A stretch of 64,000 bases of DNA, taken from NCBI RefSeq assembly GCF_030684315.1, contig NC_081387.1:23182647-23246646 (forward strand), read 5' to 3'. A program made the translations under genes and the position numbers. The notes below the pieces were generated by a model. It had not been told where the DNA came from and made no database searches. It worked only from the letters and a program-made list of their open reading frames with translations. The stretch's first letter is position 1, and every line of letters starts with the position of its first letter. Origin of the DNA: Stegostoma tigrinum (lineage: Eukaryota). Of the stretch, positions 49,301 to 59,392 are shown in pieces.

Positions 49301-50659
49301 TTGGAAAGATGGCAATCAAACTGCACAACTCTCCCCCTCCCCTGTCCTGAACCCCCTCATCCCAGTCACATTCCTCACTGCCCCCTCAATTTCCCAATGG
49401 ATCCCTGCACCACCCTCAACCCCAGTTTGTTCTCTCACTGTCCTGATGCCTTATTGACTCTGTCCATCTCCCCTCAGCCAGTCCCCTGCCCTGCCCTCCC
49501 CTTCACCAATACGAGAGATTACCCCCTTCCCAGTTTCCCCCACAAGATCCCTCCCACGCTTCAGATACGAAACAAGACCACTCCAATCCCAGGGAGACTC
49601 CAATCCCAGTCTTCCCATGAACCCCTCTGCTCTCCATCAGCCTGGACACCAATCCCACAGCAAACCTGCTCCCCCTTCACTTTCCCCAATCCCACACGTG
49701 ACTTGCTAAGTCCTGCCCGAACCCATGACAACTTCCCAATCCCCCAGTGAATCCCATTCCCTTACACCCCATGAGTGCCCTGCCCATTGCCCCCTGCATT
49801 ACCCCTCACACTCCACCTGATGCCCCCATAAGACAACATCCCCTCCTTAGGACCTTCAGTGAGTCCCCTCACAATCCTTGATCCTCAAATAACACCCAAG
49901 CCCCTGACATCCTCACCCTCTCCCCAACAGACACACACACATTTTCCCCCAACTCAAACATTCCTACCAACCCCCCCCTCCTCACACATACACACACAGA
50001 GACATGCACACGCACGCACACACATATCCCCCCAACGTGAACATTCCCACCATCCCCCTCCCTCCTATACACACAGACACTGACACATACCCACAGAGTG
50101 TCCCTAATTCCCTGTATTTTCTCTCCCAGTCTCTGTGACCCTGGATGTGGAAACAGCGAATCCCTGGCTCGAGGTGTCTGAGGATCTGAAGAGTTTGAGA
50201 TGGACCGGGACCTGGAGGGATCTCCCTGACACCGGGAAGAGGTTTACACACTGGGAGTGTGCCCTGGGATCAGAGGGATTCACATCAGGGAGACATTACT
50301 GGGAGGTGGAGGTGGTGGAGAATCGGCGCTGGAGTCTGGGAGTAGCCTCAGAGTCTGTGGAGAGGAAGAGAGGGGTCAGTCTGATCCCGGGGAATGGATT
50401 CTGGATCATTGGGCGGGAATGGGATCAGTTTTATATAAACAACACTCAATCCCCTCTCCCTGTCGGTCAGGTCCCCGGGAGGGTGGGAGTTTATCTCAGT
50501 TATGAGTCTGGGACAGTTTCATTTTACAACGTGGACACCATGTCCCATCTCCACACCTTCACTGGGAATAAATTCACTGGGAAACTTTATCCTTTCTTCT
50601 GGAGTTGGGATTTAAACCAGTTTCTGAGAATCTGCACCGAAGGGGCGGGGGCTCCCTGA
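22249..50659 (+). CDS. Butyrophilin/BTN-like type I membrane protein (SP-IgV-IgC-TM-short coiled coil-B30.2), spliced, 7 coding exons, ~472 aa: join(22249..22336,25453..25800,33672..33950,34500..34619,38667..38693,42915..42941,50130..50659)
   Basis: All exons have AG/GT boundaries and phase-1 junctions and concatenate to an open frame (1419 nt including TGA). Domain order and the 348-nt IgV exon are typical of butyrophilins. Orthology to a named BTN cannot be assigned from sequence alone. Confidence 0.9.
25453..25800 (+). CDS. BTN-like gene 1, IgV exon
   Basis: 348 nt; EIFHVFVPDYPITVSVGEDVVLDC...LEVRW...YQGRTELFKDELPRGNASLKLKKIEVSDEGIYTC is the BTN/MOG-type V-set motif; ttttgccag acceptor, GCAG|gttggt donor. 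Confidence 0.95.
27900..28190 (-). mobile_element. tRNA-derived SINE (HE1-like, CR1-type tail) nested in the Gypsy pol
   Basis: Minus strand begins ggcagcacggtgtctcagtggttagcactg...gggttcgattcc (A/B boxes); same family at 31380-31610 and 63205-63525. Confidence 0.85.
30439..30580. mobile_element. Mini inverted Penelope tail inserted in the Gypsy 3'LTR
   Basis: aggctgacactttgggcct...aggcccgaaacgtcagcct; TSD tgaccctcatagaa/tgaacctcacagaa. Confidence 0.8.
31380..31610 (-). mobile_element. tRNA-derived SINE (HE1-like), decayed
   Basis: Similarity to 27900-28190. Confidence 0.7.
31943..32287. repeat. Minisatellite, ~31-32-bp unit (cagggaatctctcagtaaaccccagctccggga-g), ~11 copies
   Basis: Read directly. 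Confidence 0.92.
32800..33330 (-). mobile_element. Decayed CR1 3' end
   Basis: MRGMDKV...FPRLEMSNARGHSF. Confidence 0.8.
33672..33950 (+). CDS. BTN-like gene 1, IgC (C2/B7-type) exon
   Basis: 279 nt; EFGQRPWV...VCRSDGWYPEPLIQW...NKFSCFIENQLLSKRREAHLQIS; ttgcag acceptor, CAG|gtaggt donor. Confidence 0.93.
34500..34619 (+). CDS. BTN-like gene 1, transmembrane exon
   Basis: 120 nt; DEFFPRVNAWLVCFLVFLGLVIAAITIDVIVHRKEDEKIK (FFP...W juxtamembrane motif typical of BTN); polypyrimidine tract plus tag acceptor, AAG|gtagga donor. Confidence 0.92.
34860..35110 (-). mobile_element. SINE/L2-tail fragment
   Basis: ccagcatttattgcccatc...; reverse complement of the 57705 family tail. Confidence 0.6.
35400..37975 (+). 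mobile_element. Heavily decayed Gypsy internal region (gag/RT/RNaseH/integrase remnants)
   Basis: YVTINTHKELYQFT, APRNISELKTFLGMV, SSYGVGAVLSH, TDHKPLLG motifs. Confidence 0.75.
37985..38210 (+). mobile_element. L2/CR1-group LINE RT fragment (family of 3940-5165)
   Basis: LDIKAAFDQVWH; GSVLDPTIFNCCIND. Confidence 0.7.
38667..38693 (+). CDS. BTN-like gene 1, 27-nt juxtamembrane micro-exon (ELQEFLTLE)
   Basis: Strong acceptor tgttcttgtctttcag, AAG|gtaagt donor, phase 1-1, heptad-like content. Confidence 0.8.
38793..40455. mobile_element. Probable decayed PIF/Harbinger DNA transposon (Myb/SANT-like remnant on minus strand)
   Basis: Minus-strand LDGVV.DTLFP...AWSE...VSTVS..WRT resembles a Myb/SANT-like domain; terminal gg..gaattt / aacttcacaccc are weak TIR-like ends. 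Confidence 0.4.
41795..42135 (+). mobile_element. tRNA-headed SINE with L2-like tail
   Basis: tggcttagtgg...ggtttgaatccc boxes; catcccatgaatgaataaaaaa tail; same family as 57705. Confidence 0.75.
42915..42941 (+). CDS. BTN-like gene 1, 27-nt juxtamembrane micro-exon (GFNKLEINR)
   Basis: ttcttgttccacacag acceptor, GTG|gtaagt donor, phase 1-1; joins to give INR|VSVTLD at the start of B30.2. Confidence 0.8.
44655..45900. mobile_element. Cluster of Penelope fragments (tails, minus-strand RT N-terminus ~45250-45550, plus-strand GIY-YIG end ~45680-45815) with a CR1 fragment
   Basis: Minus-strand FYLLPKIHKQACTGRPIIAA; LIFCSGTMQPRDFNIEFNNF. Confidence 0.7.
46630..47360 (+). mobile_element. 5'-truncated CR1 LINE (relatively young)
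   Basis: 196-aa open frame AVKKANGILAFITRG...HLEYCVQFWSP...; gaagggccgaatggcctactcc tail. Confidence 0.9.
47890..48725. mobile_element. Penelope fragment (minus, ~47890-48290) followed by decayed CR1 3' end (plus)
   Basis: Similarity to 6600-6930; LIEGYKILKGVDKVD...TRGHRY. Confidence 0.65.
49320..50100. repeat. C-rich low-complexity intron segment with (CA)n before the B30.2 exon
   Basis: Strong C/A skew with many C runs. Confidence 0.7.
50130..50659 (+). CDS. BTN-like gene 1, terminal B30.2 (PRY-SPRY) exon
   Basis: VTLDVETANPWL...RF...ALGSEGFTSGRHYWEVEV...WSLGVA...RVGVYLSYESGTVSFYN...LYPFF; strong acceptor tattttctctcccag; TGA at 50657. Confidence 0.96.
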
Positions 50660-50910
50660 CGTCACAGTGACCTGACCCTGGGGTCAGGGGTCAGAAACAT
50701 ACTTTGAGAACATATTGGTATAAAATATTCTTTAAAATTTACAATTTATACTTTGTACAATCAGACTGTAAATAACTTCAATATAAATAGAAATGTCAGA
50801 TGGACCTGACCTCAGGGTGAGGGACTGGGTCAGAGGTGAGGGGTCAGGGTGTTACTCAATGTGTCATTCAATTTCAAGATTATATTGTTGAAAATCACAA
50901 CCAAAGTGTA

Positions 50911-50962
50911 AATAAATCAGACAGAAATGTAAATGTCAGGATGAAAATAAAAAATAAATAAA
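50911..50962 (+). terminator. Cluster of AATAAA polyadenylation signals ending the gene 1 3'UTR
   Basis: AATAAA at 50911 and several overlapping copies at ~50946-50962, followed by GT-rich ttgtgtctgt, ~250-300 nt after the stop. Confidence 0.65.
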
Positions 50963-51452
50963 TGAATTGTGTCTGTCATTCCTTCATTTACCCCCAGCTT
51001 CAGTCCCACCCTCCATCCCTTCACCTCTTTCCCAGTCTGGATCTGGGATTTCTCTGTGTTTCCATTTCTCACTCTGCACCCAGAACATGAAAATCCTGAG
51101 GGAGAAATCCAACACTGACAGGGTGACAGAGCTGCATTTACATAGCGCTCTATTAAGCTGCCTGTGTCATTGGGGAAGGGAGTTACACAAGATCCACTCT
51201 CTCCCAGGATTTCCAGCATTCCCAGGATTTCACTCCAGTTCTCTCTACACAGATGCTGCCTGACCTGCTGAGAAATTGCAGCATTTTCTGTTTCTGGTGC
51301 GGACACTTCCCACCTTTTCTCCAAAATATATGTAGAGAGTAAACACATTCCCAACAACAGCTCATCCCTGAAAGCTTTTTCTTTCAATTTTCAGTCAATT
51401 CACAAATTGATCGATGATCAGCGAATCTTTTTTAAAACACGGTACAGGACCG

Positions 51453-51522
51453 CCACCGCCTGGCGGGACATGGTACTGCGGCTGTCAGTGATTCAGTGAC
51501 AATTACATCCAGCAGGTGGCGG
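51453..51522. promoter_or_regulatory. Divergent pair of CTCF-like motifs between the tandem genes
   Basis: Minus strand GCAGTACC-atgtc-CCGCCAGGCGGTGG (upstream motif plus core, 51453-51479); plus strand CCAGCAGGTGGCGG (51509-51522). Confidence 0.5.
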
Positions 51523-51719
51523 TATTACACAGTGAAATCCTGGGGTTGGTGTCAAACAGAAATAACATCAGAAAATGCTGCCAATCCCCAGCAGGTCAGT
51601 CAGCATCTGTGTACAGAGAACCAGAAGGAACAGGGTTCAATACTGGGCATGGTAGGAATCAGAAATTTAAAAAAAAAACAAGAGTCCAGTGACCCTTCTT
51701 CAGGACTGAAAGTCTTTGG

Positions 51720-52125
51720 TCAGATTGTGGGAAAGTTAGAGATGAGTCTGAAACCCTCTTTAATTTCAGGAAGGGCTCATTCCCAGTGGGATCAGGTGGA
51801 GTTTATTCCCGCTGAAAGATCCCAATCAAATCCAAGGAGTTGAACGGGGAGCGGCTGGGGATTGTGCAGTGAAAAGGTGAAACCTTTCTCCAGTGTCTCT
51901 GATCAGCTGCACAGAGCCTGGAGCTGGTTCCTGTCAGTATAAGGGAACAGGAGGGAGAGGCAATGTGTTACATTCACCTCTCAGGGTCAGACACAGCGAC
52001 TGGAAAGGGAGGCGGAAGTGAAAAGGAGGAACAGAGTGAGGGCCATGAGATGGAACATGACCCACTGGGGTTTCTGTTTAAAGGCAAATAATTCAATCCC
52101 GGAGACAGTTGTGTGTTTTCATCCC
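51720..52125 (+). repeat. Third, partial copy of the promoter block (matches ~15403-15805)
   Basis: Direct alignment by eye; lacks the ISRE part, donor changed to ag|atgagt, keeps GGAAGTGAAA at 52014-52023. Confidence 0.9.
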
Positions 52126-52279
52126 CGGGAACAGACCTTTAAAGCAGAAAGTTAATGTTCAGCCATTCCTCCATCCACATTGATTGCAGTTTGCTGCTTT
52201 GTTTAAGTCGGGGCTTTAAAGAGAATTGATGCGCTAACTTTCCCTTCCCCTGTGTAAATATTTAATTTGTACATTTTAG

Positions 52280-52555
52280 AGAGATGGACAAGGGAAGCGA
52301 GGATACTGTGAGGAAAAACACTTTCACACAGCGAGTAGTTCGAGCCTGGAATGTGCTCCTGGAAATGTGGTGGAGGCAGACTCAGTTGGGGAGTTGGAAA
52401 GAGCATGGGATGGTGTTTTGGATGATAATGGTGTACAGGGATATGGGGAAAAGGCAGGAGATTGGCCCTAGATCATAGACCCAGACACAATGTTGGAGAT
52501 GGTGCAGGCACGATGGGCAGAATGGCCTCCCTCTGCATCAGCATCATTCTGTGAC
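52280..52555 (+). mobile_element. Decayed CR1 3' end
   Basis: VRKNTFTQRVVRAWN. Confidence 0.75.
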
Positions 52556-53089
52556 TGTGTGAAATTTGAGCCGATCTATTCACACAGACCTGTGCTGTAT
52601 CCAACAAGACCATCTCCGACAGCCTCGCCTTCCTCAGGGATAGCATTGCCCATGTGATGGTCAGGGGCTGTGGGCACTTGCCTCATCTGCCTGGTCCAGG
52701 AGAAAGGCCTTTGACAGAATCTCCCACAACTGACAGAGTGGACACACTCTGTAACATGGGGTTTGGGGGGTGGGGGGGGAAGCACTTGGATAGAACTGTC
52801 CCACACAAACAGCAGTGACCCAGTTGCCATCAGTGGGTGGGAATCAGAAAGCTGTCCCAGCCAGGCAGGGCTGCCCTCTCTCCCCTGTCCTCCAGGTGTG
52901 TTGTGTAGGACCTTTTCCTGAATCCCATCACCCCCAGGATGGGGGGAATGTGAGGGGGGAAGGTCTCAGGTTGTGGAGGCACTGAGATGAATATCTCCTG
53001 CACGTCGACCCCATCGCTGTCTCCAGCTTGGATTCACTGTTAGTGTAAAGACTGGGTTAATATCTCTGACCAGTTCAAACTGCCCTCAG

Positions 53090-53530
53090 GAACCAACATG
53101 AATCAGATTAAGAACGAGGGCCATGTTCTTTGAAAACTGGCCTGATAGATCCTTGTTCTCTTCACTGACAGGACGGATGACTTGACAGTGCAGGGAATTT
53201 TGTTCTGAGGGCCTGGGGTGTGTGCTAAAACTGGGAAGGAACGAAGCGCTCTTAAGTTTTGCTGACATTAAGCGAGATATTGTTATCTTTGCACCATACC
53301 ACAAATCACTCTATCTCTTTTCTGTATTCTGTCTCACATTGTTTGTTATCTGGCCCACAACAGTGGTGCCGCTTGTGAACGTGGACGTGGCATTTGCACG
53401 GAATTTGGCCACACAGTCACGTATGTACACGGAGTACCAGAGGGGGCAAAGCGTGCAGCCTTGCAGGGCACCAATGTTGAGGATTATTATGGAGAAGGTG
53501 CTGTTGTCCATCTTCACCAACTGCGGGGGC
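53090..53530 (-). mobile_element. Decayed Rex1/Babar-type LINE RT fragment
   Basis: NIGALQGCTLCPLWYSVYIRDC...TTVVGQI matches the GAPQGCVLSPLLYSLYT.DC family motif. Confidence 0.6.
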
Positions 53531-54205
53531 TCAGAGGCAACTTGCAGCAGTTGCTTATGGAGTGTTGCTGGAGCTGAACACACGCAGCCAATTGAGGAGT
53601 ATTCCATTACAATCCTGACTTGTCCTTGGAGGTGGTGGACAGGTTTTGGGGCGTCAAGAGTACCCACAGCATCTGACCAACTCTTGTGTCTTCTTGTTTA
53701 TGTGGCAAGTCCAGTTGAGTTTCTGGTTAATGCTAAGCCCCTGGATGTTGGTCATGGGGAATTCAGCGATGGTGTGCAATTCTGGTGAATGAAGCCAGCC
53801 GGGGGTTCTGGATCACAGCTGGGGATCATTTTAGTGATAGCGATCGTAACACTGTATATTTTAAATTTTTTATGGAAAAGGAGAAAGAGAGCCTACAAAA
53901 AAATGGTTTTGAATTGGGGTCAGGCTGATTTTATAAAAATAAGGCAGGATCTGGTGAAATTAGACCGGGAACAGCTACTTGAGGGTAAATCAACAGGAGA
54001 GCAGTGGGAGGCATTCAGAAAGGTGCTGGGGCAATACATTCCCTTTCAGGGTGAAATGTAGGAGCAACAAACCTGGCGAATCCTGGATGTTTATGAATAT
54101 TCAGGACTGGATCAAAAGTAAGAGAGAGACATGTAGCAGAACCTGCTTACAGAGGCATGCTACAGGGACCAGAGCTAGATTCCGTAACGTTTCTGATATT
54201 CGTAA

Positions 54206-55438
54206 ATGATTGAGTTCTTTGAGAAGGTGACCAAACAGGTAGATGAGAGTAAACCGGTTGATGTGGTGTATATGGATTTCAGCAAGGCGTCCAATAAGGT
54301 TCCCCACAATAGGCTGTTGTACAAAATGCGGAGGAATGGAATTGTGGGAGATATAGCAGTTTGGATCGGAAATTGGCTTGCTGAAGGAAGACAGAGGGTG
54401 GTAGTTGATGGGAAATGTTCATCCTGGAGACCAGTTCCTAGTGGTGTATCGCAAGGGTCGGTGTTGGGTCCACTGCTGTTTGTCATTTTTAGAAATGACC
54501 TGGATGAGGGCGTAGAAGGATGCGTTAGTAAATTTGCAGACGACACTAAGGTCGGTGGAGTTGTGGATAGTGACGAAGGATGCCGTAGGTTGCAGAGAGA
54601 CATAGATAAGCTGCAGAGTTGGACTGAGAGGTGGCAAATGGAGTTTAATGCAGACAAGTGTGAGGTGATGCACTTTGGTAGGAGTAACCAGAAGGCAAAG
54701 TACAGGGCTAATGGTAAGATTCTTAGTAGTGTAGATGAGCAGAGAGATCTCGGTGCCCATGTCCACAGATCCTTGAAAGTTGCCACCCAGGCTGACAGGG
54801 CTGTTAAGAAGGCATACAGTGTTTTAGCTTTTATTAATAGAAGGATCGAGTTCCGGAACCAAGAGGTTATGGTGAAGCTGTACAAAACTCTGGTGCGGCC
54901 GCACTTGGGGTATTGTGTACAGTTCTGGTCACCGCATTATAAGAAGGATGTGGAAGCTTTGGAAAGGGTGCAGAGGAGATTTACGAGGATGTTGCCTGGT
55001 ATGGAGGGAAGGTCTTTCGAGGAAAGGCTGAGGGACTTGAGGCTGTTTTCATTAGAGAGAAGAAGGTTGAGAGGTGACTTAATTGAAACATATAAAATAA
55101 TCAGAGGGTTAGATGGTGTGGATAGGGAGAGCCTTTTTCCTAGGATGGTGACGGCGAGCATGAGGGGGCATAGCTTTAAATTGAGGGATGAAAGATCTAG
55201 GACAGATGTTCGAGGTAGTTTCTTTACTCAGAGAGTAGTAAGGGAATGGAACGCTTTGCCTGCAACAGTAGTAGATTCGCCAACTTTAGGTACATTTAAG
55301 TCGTCATTGGACAAGCATATGGACGTACATGGAATAGTGTAGGTTAGATGGGCTTGAGATTGGTATGACGGGTCGGCACAACATTGAGGGCCAAAGGGCC
55401 TGTACTGTGCTGTAATGTTCTATGTTCTATGTTCTATG
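54206..55438 (+). mobile_element. Young 5'-truncated CR1 LINE (378-aa RT C-terminal ORF), inside older CR1 debris (53790-54180, 55440-55800)
   Basis: VYMDFSKA..KVPH, QGSVLGP, KFADD, WQMEFNADKC; (ttctatg)n tail; lacks endonuclease. Confidence 0.95.
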
Positions 55439-56999
55439 GAGATGGGAATGTGGGCGGTTGATAAGCAAGTTTACAGAATACACAAAAATTGTGCAGGTGA
55501 TTGACAACAAGGAAGTGTTAAGTTATGGGAGGGAAGATGGGCAGATCAGTGGTAGATGTTAATCCTGACAAATGTGAGGTGATGCACTTTGGCAAGAAAA
55601 TGAGGTGAAGGAGTACTCAATAAATGGCAAGACACTGGAAGCTCAGAGGAACAGAGTGATCTTCGGATACTTGTCCGCAGACCTCTGACTGTGGCAGGAC
55701 AGTGTAATCAGGTCATTAAGAAGGGGTCCAGGACTCTTGTCTTTATGATTGTGATAAAAATTAAAAGAACAGGGAGGTGGTGCTGGATCTGTGTGGGAAT
55801 TTGGTTCGACCACAGCTGGATTACTGTGGGATCATGAGGGAAAGTGGGACTTGTCTGGAGAGCAGTATATTTTTGGCAGGATAGACTTGTTAGGCCCAGG
55901 AACCTATTCTGCACTGTCTGATTTTACGATCTTTGCTGTCCATTTGATGTTACTTACAAGTTTACCCTCAAAGTTAATATTCCCCTCTTTATTCTTTAGT
56001 TAGCCATGTTTTGTTGGATTTTAAGGTTTTCCCAGTCCTCTGGCCTACAAATCATGTTTGATACATTATATGTATGTTTTCTTTCAATTTGATGTTACCC
56101 TTCACATTGCCTTCCCAGAATCCTCCTTTCTCAATTTGAGGATGAATCTCAGCCATCAGGCTGAGCATTAGTTTTTGCTGCTTTGTATATCTTCATTTTT
56201 AATTGGATCCCCTCATTGGTAATATTTGTTAGCCAACGGCAGTTTATCTTTCTCATTATTTTTGCTTAAATATCTTTCACTACTTATCTCCAGACCTTTG
56301 TCATGATCCATTTTCTTTGCCCATTTTAGGCAACTTTCTCCATCCTTCTGTGACTGTCCTTGTTAAATTGAGGACGCTGGTTTGAAAATTAGTAGCAGAC
56401 TTTCTTCTTGGATTTGAAATTCTACCTCATTGTGATCACTACTTCATATTCATCTATTTCTATTGATCTATCTTGTTCAAAAGTCATGCATTCAGACAGA
56501 CAGCATTAAGCTTCAACTTTCGACCATTATTTTGTATTCTGTTTCTAATTTCTGCTCAGTCATGCAATACAGAAGAGGCTTATCGAGTCACTACCAGCAA
56601 AGAAAATCTTCTGCCTACAATAATCCCATTTTCCACCACTCGGCCCATAGTGTGAATGTTATGCCATTTCAATAAATTTTAAAATGTTATGAGGCTTCCT
56701 GCATCGACTGCTACCCTCCAAGGCAGTGCATCCCAGATTCCCTCCTGACTTGTAAATACTTTGATGGGCTTCATTAATTAAAATATTAACTCATCTGTTG
56801 GAACAATAGATAGTTCTTTTCTAAGTATTATTCTTATTCTACTCCTAACTTCATTTTCATCCAGCGTTATTCAATCCTTGACACAGCATCAATTCCTTCT
56901 CTTTAAGCTTTGAAAACATTACCTTCCCGTCTTTTCCATTGACTGTATCCCAACACTCCAGTCTGGGATCAATAGTAACTTCATAACTTCTTATTCTAA

Positions 57000-58226
57000 A
57001 ATAATTTCATTCTATTGAGCCCCTTTTGTCAAAAACACTGCTTCGCATGTTACTTTGTCAAAAGAGTTGTCAGCACTTTGAAACTTAATACATGCTTCTC
57101 TCTCACATGACTTCCCAGCACAGACTGAAAAACAAAGTCAGTCTGGAAAGGTCTACTCCTGTATCATGAGGGTTTTGGGGAAGGTTAGATAGGAAGAAAC
57201 TGTCCCAGTTGGTGGAAGGATCAACATCAAAATTGAGAATCAGTCGTAGGCAAAAAAAAATGGGGAACTTGAGGGAAAATGCTTAGACACAGTGTGGGTG
57301 GTTAAGTTCTGAAATTCAGTGCCTGACGGTGTGGTGGAGGCAGGTACATTCAAAGGATCTATGGGGGATGATTGGGATTGGGGGTGTCACAAGATAAACT
57401 TCTCCCGTGGAGAGCAGCACATATGTGAAATGGTCCTGCACTGTAACCATTCTGTGACCCTGTGCCTTACTGCAGATGTGGTTGCTGTAGGTCACACAGG
57501 TAATCACCAGCACTCACATACTACAGCTCCAACACATCACCTCCCTGCTGTCTCTATTGTGCTTTATTTAACTAATGAGGTTGCAAGTTTAGACATATCT
57601 CTCAACAATATTTTGAAATCATAAGAAGTAGTAAATTTGACATAATGCTCAAACCACCCACTACTCTTGGCAGTTATTGCCCCAGTAAGTTAATACCTGG
57701 ACATAAGAGGCAATGGCCTAATTGCTATTCTCACTGCACTGTTAAGCCAGAGGCCTAGATTAATGTTCAGGAAACTTGCGTTCAAATCCCGCCATGGCAG
57801 ATGGTGGAAGTTGAATTCAATTTTAAAAACCTAGAATTAAACGTCTCATGATGACCATGTATCCATTGCCAATTGTCAGAAAAACCCACGTGGTTCACTA
57901 ATGTCCTTTAGGGAAGGATACTGCCACCCTTACCTGGTCTGGACTACATTTGACTCCAGGCCCACAGCAATGTGGTTGACTCTTAACTGCCCTCTGGGCA
58001 TTTAGGGATGGGCAATAAATGCTGCCCTTACCAACAATGCGCACAAGCCATGAATGAATAAGAAAGTAACACATGCTCGAGGTCGTACATTTTCATACTG
58101 TTTCATTTGCAGTAACTTACCAAATCAGAATTTTAATTTTTCTATTTGAAGTAAAATTGTTTCAATAAAGAAAGAAATCACTTAGTTATTTCTCTCTGAC
58201 AACACAATAACATCTCTTACTGAGTG
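57000..58226 (+). repeat. Upstream segmental-duplication block, copy B, interrupted by a SINE at ~57705-58065
   Basis: Collinear with 14350-15180. Confidence 0.9.
57705..58065 (+). mobile_element. tRNA-headed SINE inserted only in copy B of the duplicated block
   Basis: A/B-box-like head, L2-like tail; absent at the collinear position (~15030) in copy A. Confidence 0.8.
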
Positions 58227-58385
58227 CAGTTGGGAGCCTCTCACTGACCTCACTGTCTCTGTTCCCTTCCTAAGGAGAGACAAACACGACGCACCCAACT
58301 CAGTCATATCTGTCAGGAAATGGAAAATTAGTTTTGTTAACAACATTAGTAAAACATTCTTTATAAGGAATATGTCCAAGTTATG

Positions 58386-58527
58386 NNNNNNNNNNNNNNN
58401 NNNNNNNNNNNNNNNNNNNNNNNNNNNNNNNNNNNNNNNNNNNNNNNNNNNNNNNNNNNNNNNNNNNNNNNNNNNNNNNNNNNNNNNNNNNNNNNNNNNN
58501 NNNNNNNNNNNNNNNNNNNNNNNNNNN
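58386..58527. other. Assembly gap (N run)
   Basis: Read directly. Confidence 0.99.
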
Positions 58528-58899
58528 GGTTTGTTGGTGGTTGATGATTACTGATTCAGGGCCTTCAAGCTAAGCAGTTTGAGAACGACTTGTCAAACCA
58601 GCCCCTCAGTTCTGTCAAACCTTTCCCAATGTTTCAAGAAGGACCCAGTCAGGCTGACGTCAAATCACTTGCCAGTGATATCCATCCCCAAGGATAAAGT
58701 GGAAACCAGTTGTATAACAGGTCAGGAGGACAGGAAAGCAAAGATATATATCTGATCAGAATGGGCAGTAGTTCAGTGTCAAGCCCATTTTATCTTTGCA
58801 CCATGCGCTAACCTTCTAACCATTTGAGTACAGTTTATAGAAAGGCAGCAGAATGTTTCCAACAGCTGAGGAATCAATTACTGTACGGGTTGTTTTGAG

Positions 58900-59240
58900 G
58901 CTGTGAATTTCTCTTGCAGATGTAGTGAATGCTGCCTGACAAGCTGTTCCATCGAGCAGAAGAAGCAGAAGCTTAAACACATGTATCAATAGGTTCAAGA
59001 ATAACTTCTTCCCTGCTGATATTGGACTGATGCATGGCCGTTTCCAAATAATGTTGGTGTTATTAATGTCACTGTTGCTTCATGCACCTCTTGTGCAGTG
59101 TATTCTGTTTCACTTGTCGCAGCACCCGATGATCTGTATTTCCTTGCTTACTTTGACTTCTCTGTTCTGCTCGCAATCTAAGCTTTTCACTGTACTTAGG
59201 TAGATGTGACAACAGTAAATCAAAATCAATCAATCAAGAT
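58900..59240 (+). mobile_element. LINE 3' end (Rex1-like)
   Basis: RFKNNFFPA motif; (aatc)n tail. Confidence 0.55.
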
Positions 59241-59392
59241 TTAATGCTGTGGAGTGACAAGTGGTTCCCAAACTCTGCCCCAATACAGGTCCCAGCGCAA
59301 AGGCTGGAATTCAAAGCGTCGCCTGGAAAATAATTCTGGTCCCACAGTGAGATGTATTCACACAAACTTCACTTTATCCATTAAATACATGC

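Noticed and set aside
50135-50659. Stand-alone single-exon B30.2 gene or last exon of a TRIM
   Set aside because: Starts at GTG behind a strong splice acceptor; no RING, B-box or coiled-coil exons seen upstream, while BTN exons join in phase
54206-55342. 378-aa RT ORF as a host gene or active LINE
   Set aside because: 5'-truncated CR1 lacking ORF1 and endonuclease, with substitutions in the KAFDKV motif
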